Part shown: piece by piece, positions 53,901-64,000 of the stretch
Numbering within the stretch: position 1 is the stretch's first letter
How the letters are laid out: each line of letters starts with the position of its first letter
NCBI GenBank assembly: GCA_951406725.2
Contig: OX597837.1
Span: 20,584,001-20,648,000 of the forward strand
Reading direction: 5' to 3'
Length of the DNA: 64,000 nt
Origin: Octopus vulgaris
Taxonomy: Eukaryota
Made by a program: the position numbers and the translations under genes
The notes under the pieces: model-generated
Databases searched by the model: none
What the model saw: only the letters and a program-made list of their open reading frames with translations
What the model was told of the DNA's origin: nothing

Positions 53901-56900
53901 GGTATAGTGAATTAGTTTGTTGAGTAAAGCACGTTTCGTTCATGCGTATACACATATACATATAAATGCATATACACATGCATTTATATATATATACGCA
54001 TGCATATATACATATAAATGCATATACACACATAACCAAACGATGGGCTTCTTTTAGTTTCCATCCACCAAATCGACTCACAAGGTTTTGGTCGACCAGG
54101 GCTATTAGTAGAAGGCACTTTCCCATGGTACCAGACGGTGAGACTGAACTTCGAACCGTGTGGTTAGGAGGCAAACGTTTTACCAGACAGCCAGTACCCA
54201 TACCATAAAGGTGAGATGGTCACGGTTGGAAAGTCATTGACCATAGGTGTGAACGATCAGAAATGACTGACGCTAAAAAACAAACAACGCCACATGAAAG
54301 TCACCATCGCTCGTTCGGCTAGAAATCACAGCCAAATCCTCATGAAATCCTACACTACTGTTTTTGAAGAAAGACACGTTGGATATAGTTGTTCTAGATA
54401 TACAACAAGATGGCCACGACAGGAAAGCCTTTTAATTATAGGTTGGTTCGAATAGGTTTAACCCCTCTAGAGAATTACGCGGGGCGGGGCTGTGGGGGTA
54501 AGAAGTTTGCTGCCCGTCCAGGTTCAATGTCACAGTGTGACACCTTGAGCCAGTGTCTTCTACTATAGCACTGGGTCGAGTGGACTTGTGAGTGGACTTG
54601 GAAGATGGAAACTGAAAGAAGCCCATTGTAAGCGCGCGCTTATCTTTGTGTTTATCCGCCACCACTTGACAACGGGTGTCGGTTTGTTTACATCACAGTA
54701 AGTTAGCGGTTCGACAAGAGGTCGAGAGAATAGGTACCAGGCTTTAAAATAGTCGATTAGTTCGACTACAAACTCGTCAAAGCGATGCTCCAGCATGGCC
54801 GCAGCCCAAGGACTGAAACAAACTAATGCAAGGAAGTGACTTCTCATTTGTCTGGCAAGATTCCTTCGCCTTCACACACACTTCGTTCAATGACAGTTTT
54901 AAATCTGACAGCCAAGTGCGTGGAAACACATCAGGTAATTAAGAAAAAACACAAAAACCGCGAGCCAGTCATGTTAAGAGTAGGGCTCAGCGTGGTCGAC
55001 CGATCTGCTAGAAATAGCAACAAAATTTGTCTCACATCGCACCAAGACTAACGTCTTTAAGAAAATATAGAAAAGCAAAACAAAGAAACAGGACACGTTT
55101 GATAATGCAGTCGCTTAAAGCCGCCAGTGACAAAGTGGTCAGAGCGTCAGATGAAATGCTTTGCCCTTTTTGTTGTGGTTCTCTGCGATCCGAGTTCAAA
55201 TTCCACCAAGTTCAACTTCGCCTTTTAGCGAACCCAGAGTCGATAAATAAATTTTACAAGTTATATATTGGGATGGATTCTTCTCACCCCGACTCTCTTT
55301 CTGACACGGCTACGTTGCACTATGGGAAGTGTGTCATGGGAGACCACTCGCAGACTCTGTTACTCTCAGAAATGCAGAGGGGTACGGCGAGTAGTTGGCA
55401 AGTTGTTCTAGGAAAACTGAATGGCTATTGGAACTTTCTAAAAAGAAATAATAATGAAAAGTTCTATGGAAGGGAAATACAAGAAAGGGAAAAAATGAAA
55501 AGGGTAGTCAAAGCTAGAATGCCCTTTGATCATAGGTGTATAAATTTTTGATCGATCAGGTCAAATGCGATTATATATCGTCGAGAAAGAGACGAAAAAA
55601 AACAGTACATGGGTCACGCGATTGCTGGAAAAGGTAACCGAATATTCTTCAAACTACCCAAATCAAAAGACAGACTGGATAATGTTGTTTTAAATAAAGA
55701 AAAAAGAATAAACGTCTTTGATCGTAGAACAGTTTGCTTGAGAAATCCCGTCATGCCGCTGTGACGTATTTGGAAAGGGTTTTGAACAGTTACCAACAGC
55801 TGACATGTTCGAGTCCACTCTGCTACAAAAGCATTCGGGCAAAGTCTCCAGTTTAGGGATAACCCCCTTTCCCCCTAGTCTTAGAGGCCCAGTAAAAAGT
55901 CATGGGTAACGTCTTTCATACTGACTAAAAGGCAAACAGAGAACCGTACGAATAAATAAATAAAGAATATAAACAAGAAACGTGTTAATCGGGCCGAGTA
56001 TTCCGTAAACCCTGAGCGAAATTCTCAGGTAGGACCAGCGTGACTGTGTGTGACGAGGCTGCACTTTTCAATTACAGATACAATTCATCAACAGACTTCT
56101 AAGTTTCCGTCAACCCAATTTCACTCACTCACAAAATTTGGGTCAACACGCGGTTATTATTTATATAGTAAAATGCACTGGGTCAAGTGCATTGCAGAGA
56201 AATCGAACCAAGAACCATTCTATCATGCTTCATGCAACCTAGTGATAGAAAAAAATATATAACAGCAACATAGAAGTGGGATATCAATTGGCAGCCTACG
56301 TCGCAGAAAAAAAACTGGGTAGAACTGACTGACTAAGTGTCCGAAATGTCCCGTAGGTTGAACAGAGACAAGAAGGAGAGAGAGAGAGAGAGAAGGATAG
56401 ATGCGGGACTGGGAATGAAATAAAGATGGGAGGACGAAAAAGGATCACATTAAATTGATTTCTATCAATGAATGATTCATTACAATGTGTACAAAGTCTG
56501 TAGAGGGTGGGAAGCCTCAGTATTCCTGTAAGTAGATTCCCTTCTGTAGACATAATAAGTATGAACACAACATAATAATCATAATAAAACAAAAACCATG
56601 AGGAGAAACTCAAAATAGTTGCCGTAAATGCTCGAAATAATAACCAAACTCCTTCGATCCTCTCGGGTAAGATGTCCCTAACGCTAAACAACAAAGATAA
56701 GTTGTTCAGCTCTAGGTCAGGTCTTATGGAAAAAGACACATAAAATCCTAATAGTAAATAAATAAGAGATAAACTAGACGGTCGCTCGACCTGTTAGAAA
56801 TATCAATTAAATTTCACATTGAATCATGAAGGACGGACACATAAGGCAGTGTAGTCTTTAGACATCGCTAAGAAAACTGGATGATCACAGCTGGAATAAT

Positions 56901-57790
56901 ATCTTCGCTCACAGGTCGACTGAATCCGGGATGACCTGGAGTTAAAAACAAAACAACCAGTCACACACACAACAAACCAAAACACATCAGATCCACCACG
57001 TGTAAACTCTCTCGTATTTCTGTCTACAGAATACAAATACATTTAAATACGCTGTTGTTATTCAGCCCAAAGTCAACACCGATCGAGCAGACATAGATTA
57101 AAGACAATCTAACCATGACTCTCCAGCTTTTTCTTTTCTTTTATATCAGGAACTACATCGGCCATTTATCTTTCCCAACACTGTTTTTTTTTTTATAAAA
57201 CAGTAGGGTGTATTTTGGCAGAAGCTTAGCTATTATTTCTTAACAGATCCAGTGATCACACAGAGGGTCCTGTGTTTTGTTTTTTAGTGTTATCAATGCT
57301 ATTTTTCGCTGCAACTCAACTCAATAATTAGAAGCAGTTTTCTATTAAATCGTAAAGTGATTTGGTGGATATTTGGCTGCTGTTTCTGGCAGGTCAAATA
57401 ACCACTTAGAGGTTCGCTCTCTAGCTTGCTACTTTTACAGACAGCTTTATCTACCAAGGTGTACATTTTTTAAAAAATGGACCATATTTCTCAAATAATT
57501 TGCTTACTTAGAAATGATTTCAGAAGTATGAAAACAAGATAGATATTTAAAACACAAAATATTATCGTAATTATAATTATATAACCTTTGATACACGAAA
57601 ATCACCCCGAATAACATGAAGATGGAAATTTGAATTTATCCCAAGTAATATGTAATTCTTGATTACACGAGTTTACCACCAAGATGACAAATTTCAAAGC
57701 TATTTTCTTAATATTCCTTATACGTAATTCCAATAAAGTTTTATACAATACATGTGTGTGTGTATGTATAACAGATAATATAAACATACT

Positions 57791-57825
<35 letters not shown>

Positions 57826-58747
57826 GAGTGTGATCATATTGCTTGTTATCAAAATTGATATTTTATGATTTGCTGATCCTCGAGTGTCAAAACTGCATAT
57901 TTAATCGGATAAACTTATTTAAAATATTTTCTTACAATAACATAAAATAAACAGATATACACATGGACTTTTGTCCATATATCTTTGTGTTTATAAACAC
58001 ACACACACACATTATATATTTATATTTATATATATACATACGGGCGCGCGCATATTGGCACAAGGCCCAATCGAACGCGTAAATACGAAGCAGAGTTGAT
58101 AGAAAAGAGATTGACAACGAAATAGACTCCTCCAGAATTTGAACTCTGAACTAAAGTAGAGGTAAATACTGCATGGCGTTTAGTTACGCACTTGATATAT
58201 TCAGCTACGCTATCCAGCCGTCATTAGGTACGCTTGGGCCCCACCCCTCAATGAAATAGGAAGAGATGTTGTTGATAAGACCATGGGGACCCCAGTGTTA
58301 CACCACTCATAGCACCTATCTTTATTGATTTCGAAAACGTCAACAGAATTTATTGTGGAAGAGGATAATGTATAGTCGACCGAGTTGGACACATAGCATA
58401 TTACTGGTATACTTCATATTTTATTAATTAACAGAACGAATGGTAAACGGTCGTAACGAAACAACCCCGAATGACATATAAAGGTTCGATAACCTCCGCA
58501 TCCTCTCGCAGTCTCATAGAAAAACACATACACACACACACATACAGACACGTTTTTCTCTTTTTATGTTTTGTTTTAAAATTTCATATAAGAAACGAGA
58601 CACCAGAGCAAAATAAATGGGAAAATTATGCTTTTTTTTTTTTGTAACCCCAACACATTATGTTCGATATGCATATTAAACGCACAAATAACAGCAAAGA
58701 GATTTGAATTTTTAAAAAAAATACATAAAAAGTAAGATGGAATAAAC

Positions 58748-59082
58748 GGTAGAATTCTGCTTTAAGCACCCCATATTATCCCTTATAACTCTTTTTATTG
58801 TTTTGGAATTGTCAGAAAAATTTTGCGAATTTGTTTTCTACGCACGGGAATTCATATAACTAAGCAGAAAGCAAAGACATATATATATATATAACTGTGT
58901 GTGCGATTTAAGGGCTATGCAGCTGTTATTTTTAGTACATCTCACGACCACCTGATACCCTCCTCGTTTCATTATCACTCTAAAATATTGATATCTTCCC
59001 ATATCTTTCTCCCCATAAACATGGGATTTAAGCAAAAAAAGTTATGAGGGGTTATATGGAGTGCTTAAAGCAGAAATCCGCC
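58748..59082. mobile_element. 335-bp MITE with GG...CC ends, ~48-bp TIRs and 8-bp TSD (Merlin-like)
   Basis: Left arm ggtagaattctgctttaagcaccccatattatcccttataactcttttt versus reverse-complemented right arm ggcggatttctgctttaagcactccatataacccctcataacttttttt. Flanks are gaataaac (58740-58747) and gaatatac (59083-59090). Confidence 0.85.
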
Positions 59083-59121
59083 GAATATACCTCTTCAAAT
59101 GATAAGTCAAAGGATACTGAC

Positions 59122-59517
59122 CTTCCATCCTGCAGAGCTAGTGCTGTCTCCTTTATCCTTAAAATATGGCACATTTTGAACCATCCATTCATAAATTTGC
59201 GACAAGGTTAGGCGTTGCTCCGGGGAACTTTGTATGGCTTTAGTTATAAGATCAGCGTACGATAAATTACCCCATGCATTCCTTCTTGACGAAGATTTCT
59301 TGTTGACAGTCAAAGCATCTTTACCACCAGGCGTGCCACCGTCACCTATAGCGACCGGACACCCAGGTTCCTCGTGCAACGGACTGTTCTGGGGGTCAGG
59401 TCCGTCACCGGAGCTAACTTCCTGAGGCCGGAGGGGCCACGTGTTGGAGCGAACGCGCATCTGGGGTTTAAAACTTGGGTCCACATCTGGAGAAGCCAGT
59501 TTTGATTCTATATCCAT
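59122..59517 (-). CDS. foxo: FoxO forkhead transcription factor, first coding exon (132 aa; partial CDS)
   Basis: The translation contains the Akt/14-3-3 motif RVRSNTWP and the FoxO forkhead N-half [55 protein letters not shown]. It is followed by the donor AAG|GTCAGT at the intron position conserved in animal FoxO genes. The ATG is in a strong context (ACTATGG) with an in-frame TAA 12 nt upstream. Confidence 0.97.
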
Positions 59518-59796
59518 AGTGATATTTTAATTAGTATTAATTACTATTATCAAAATTATTATAGAAAAAAATTTTTTTAAGCTCTTTCCTTTGAAGAGCT
59601 AATAAAAATTACTAGTTAACAACCTTTGATAAGAGTAGATCCAATTAGGCAGAGATATTCTTCCTTCTCGTCCTTTACTTTCGTCTTTCCTTCTTTTTTA
59701 CTTATATATTATTCTATACATATAAATATGTTACTCGCTTTGAAAGCATGTATCGTATATTAAAATGAATACATATATACCCAGAGCGCATACTGC

Positions 59797-59833
<37 letters not shown>

Positions 59834-60662
59834 GGCGTGTATTCTATATATATGTTCTGTGTGATTAAGGTGCGTGTGTGTATATATATATATACTAATG
59901 TAGTATATAACGTTTGTGTATACTGTGTGGGTGTTTATGGTATTAAGTGCGTATGATATATATATGTAGTATAGTGTTATTTCGTTGGTGTGTGTATAAT
60001 TGTAGTGGTATTATGTCTGCTGGTGTGTGAGTGTGTGATTCTTTTGCTGTGTATAGGTCGATGTATGTATAATGTGGTATGGTGCCAATTTGTTATAAAG
60101 TGTTGAATGCGTGTATAAGATTGTAATGGTACGAATGTAGTTTGTTGTGTTGCTAGTTATTTATATTTTCACAATCTTTGTTTCTGTTTCATTTCGGCAA
60201 GAATAATGGAATTGTATTTGAAAAACTTACACAGACATGAATTTTTGTTGTTGTTAGTCAGATGGTAATAATAATTCCACGCCATCCTCTTTTTCGGACG
60301 TCTGATATCTTTTCTTTTTTTTTTTTTAACAGAAAGAAAAATAAACCAGAAACAGAATCAAAACACGTTACCCCACACGATCCACTGTTTTCCTCTCAAC
60401 GAAATATCAACCAAATTTCATCAATTTGGTTTTTAAAATTTTCATAAATATATTCACAAATATACATGTTTATATGTGTGTATATATAGAGGTAGATTGC
60501 GAATGACAGATTGAGGAAATAAAATTCGTTTTCTGTGTCAAAGATGAGGATCCATTTTCAGTATTAACCACACCGATGGTGAAATACTTTCATGCATTTT
60601 TCTCTCATTGGTTCGTATAAACATCTTAAAGCGTGTATATTAATTATATATACCAGATATGT

Positions 60663-60818
60663 CTTGTAAACATTACATGTGTTGTGTGCTGGTTGTGACG
60701 GTCAAGTTTCATGGCAAAATATTTCAGTTAAAAATCCACACACATACATCGCAGCAATATATTTCGTATATAACATATAGACACACATATAGATTTCTGA
60801 AAATATACTTGTAAACAT
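60663..60818. promoter_or_regulatory. Two identical forkhead-type sites (cttGTAAACAt) 1.1-1.3 kb upstream of the FoxO ATG
   Basis: The same 11-mer occurs at 60663-60673 and 60808-60818; GTAAACA is the forkhead core. Function is not shown. Confidence 0.3.
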
Positions 60819-60822
60819 ACAC

Positions 60823-60895
<73 letters not shown>

Positions 60896-61172
60896 ACAGT
60901 TATAATTCTATGAGTGCGCACAAGTGTGTGGCTGTGTTTTTTTTTTTGTGTATGTTGTTACATATTACATAATTACGACAGCATATATATATATAGATAT
61001 ATACACACGCGTACGTATGTTGTTATATAATATAAAAGCGGGTAGTTAATCCATAGTGTGGCACCCCCCCTAATAAAAAAGCAAGCACCTCTCAAAACAA
61101 GAATCCCCACAGACTTTACATATATACATATATATATTTGTGTATGTGTATGTAAGTGTATATATACATATT

Positions 61173-61207
<35 letters not shown>

Positions 61208-62171
61208 AGTCAAAAATCCTAGGTACCAAAGTGAAAGAGAGCCGTGTCTGTGTGAGTGCGTTAATATTTCCGTTTCGTTTCGTTTGTTTTTGTTTTGATT
61301 TTAACTTGTTCCTTGTTATTCTTTTGAAAAAAATATCCACAATATTTTTGAGTTAGAAATTCTCTCTTGGCATACACACTGTTGTTAGACTTAGCACGCT
61401 GACAGTAGTAATAGTAGTAGTAGTAGTAGTCATAGTAATAGTCATAGTCATAGTAGTAGTCGTAGTAGTAGTAGTAATAGTAGCAGCAGTAGTAGTGATT
61501 AGCTGTAGTGGTAGTGGTATCAGCAGCAGCTGTAGTAGTAGCAGCAGCAGCAGCACTAGAAGCTGCTGTAGTAGTAGTAATAGTAGTAATAGTGACTTTT
61601 TTTTTTTGGAGTAGTAATAGTACTCGTAGTAGTGGAAATGGTGGTGATGCTGATGGTGGCGGCGGCGGCGGTAGTGGTGGTGGTAGTGGTGGTGGTGGTG
61701 GTGACATCAGCAGTAGTACTAGTGATAGTTGTTGGTGGGAACGGGGTGTGGGAGTGGCGGTAGTAGTAGTAGTAGTAATAGTAGTAGCATGATAATAGTA
61801 GTGAGATAGCAGTAGTGGTAGTGGTAGAGTGGTAAGTTGTGCTAGTACTACTGCACTTCTCGTTTGGCGCACTATCTTCTTACTCGTTGGCTAGTTCGGC
61901 TGGTCGGCCTCTAAATTTATACACACATACATATATATATATACACATACATACCCTCCACACATATGCATATATATATATATAAATACTCACACACACA
62001 TATACATATATATATATATATATAAATACTCACACATATATATATATAAATACTCACACACACACACATATATATATATAAATATATATATATATATTTA
62101 TACACATACATACATATTTTACTTTTTTCTTTTATTTCTTTCGGTCATTGGACTACGGCCGTGCTGGGGCA

Positions 62172-62237
<66 letters not shown>

Positions 62238-64000
62238 GGATAGACACAAATGAATATGTGTGCGACACGGACACACATACACAGACATACTTTTACAAGC
62301 ATACAGAGAGGAGGAGTGTATGTTTGTATGCGTGCATGTGTGTGCGCTGGGTTTTATTAGGCTGATGGTGGTGGTGGTGGTGGTGATAGTGGTGATGGTG
62401 GGGGGTAGTAGTAGTAGTAGTAGCAGTAGCAGTGTCGGCGGGATGTCACTGAATGCTTTGTGCTACCATCAGTGATTTTACCAAATCTCAGTAACGCTGG
62501 ATGATCTCTCTGCCTCACGCTGTTAATTTCGCTTAATTCGAGTCTTCTTTGCGAGTCACTGTCTCCTCTATAAAATCATACCTTACAGTTTTCTTAAAAT
62601 GGGGAAAGGCCATATTGTCTGGATACTTTAAAAGGAGAGAGAAAAAAAAGAAAAGAAAATTTGCTGGATGCTCACGCCTGGAAAGCCTGATTGCTAATTT
62701 GGAACTAAACTTTTGGCTAACTTTGAGATAACAACAACGGAGTTTTTTTTCCTTCTTCCCCGTTTTTGCCTTGCGCGGTTGGTCTGTTTAAGGGTTAGTC
62801 AAGTCTCTCTTCACAAGGGAAGGACGTTTTAGATAACGTAGTCCATGGTACACTGCGGACCGAAAACAACCCGCATTGTCACACCTAGAATGTGATTCAC
62901 ATGCACCTAGTTATTAAGAGCCAACTTCAGGACCAAACATGTCTTACCAATCTCAATCAACCACGGAGCCTCTTCGTGGTCAGTCGGCTTGCTCGAAGGA
63001 GCAATCAAAGTTCTCTTTAAAAGTACAAGGGATGGACACATTTAATAAATCTAGTGTTATCTGGTTGAGTCGATGTTGGTTTTATAATGTAGAGAGAGAG
63101 GTTATAGCTAAAAGCGGTCTGTTTAGTCTGGACTGACCTGTGGTTAAACAAGTTCGCAAACACGAACCAATCAAATCAGGAAGCCTGTACGAAGTTGCTT
63201 GACTTACTAGAAATAGCAGCCAAAATTGTCATTTGTCTCAAATCACACTAACAAAAGCAAAAAAAGAAAACAGAAGGACGAAATGGATAATGGAGTCTTG
63301 AGATGAACATTCTTTAAAAAAAAGAACGGAATGGTCACATCCAGGATGCTGTCTTGCTCGTCCTGCTGACCTGGGGCTATAAACAACAGGAAAACTTCGC
63401 TAATCTCACTGATAATAACGGTCATCGTATTGTTTGTAAGTGCAGTGGTGGTAGTGGTGGCTACAGTTGTGGTTCGAGCGATGGTGGTGAAGGTGGGATG
63501 ATACGATGGTTGTGGTGTAGACAGTATAAAGTGGGTTGTAAGGATTTATAAAGGTGTAGATGTGGTTGGTGATCGCTAAATGATTGGAGTATGACGACAG
63601 AAAAGGAGGGGAAAGGAAGAAAGTGGTAGAAGAGATAGGCAGGCGGCGGCGGTGATTGTGGTGGTGGTGGTGGTCGTCGTGATGTTGATGATAGAGATGA
63701 TGGCAGCGGTGATGGGGGGTGATGATGAGGATGATAATTATGATGGTGATTATGCTAGTGATGATGATGAACTAAGAAAGGGAAATGTTCCTGCCCCAGA
63801 CAGTGATACTTGGAGGGAGAGGTGACAATGATGGTGTCGCCGATGCTGGTTACCCTATTGGCAAGGGTAATAAGATGGTTAATATTAACGATACCATTGG
63901 TTGAATGGTAGCAAAGACGGTAGTGACGATATTTTTAGCACTACTACGAACAGCAGCAGCAGTAGCAGTAGTAGTAGTGGTGGTGGTGGTAGTGGTTGTA

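Noticed and set aside
55027-55551. 174-aa ORF
   Set aside because: A patchwork of degenerate SINE A and family F fragments with no recognisable domain.
61261-61872. 203-aa poly-T/P/Y ORF on the FoxO strand as an upstream exon
   Set aside because: A trinucleotide-repeat translation; FoxO already has a good ATG with an upstream in-frame stop.

Overview
This is AT-rich, microsatellite-saturated eukaryotic DNA, most likely an octopod cephalopod (inferred from the SINE families and repeat density, not verified). The only convincing host coding sequence is the first coding exon of a FoxO transcription factor on the minus strand (59122-59517). It carries the Akt motif RVRSNTWP and the N-terminal half of the forkhead domain, and ends at the canonical AGWK|GT intron. 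I found no second forkhead exon, so bases 1-59121 are probably one intron of more than 59 kb. That intron holds dozens of tRNA-derived SINE copies from about six families in both orientations; family letters A-F are my own labels. It also holds several MITEs (Merlin-, Tc1/mariner- and piggyBac-like), relics of L1/Tx1, HERO-type, RTE and mariner elements, and Penelope-type hammerhead-ribozyme remnants. Almost all other ORFs in the track are translations of (TA)n/(CA)n/(TAG)n repeats or SINEs. The most interesting items are a MITE hairpin 39 nt from the FoxO splice donor, SINE concatemers with a tail-matching target site, a covarying 3' stem-loop shared across SINE families, degenerate hammerheads, and a 5x106-bp array of SINE promoter heads.
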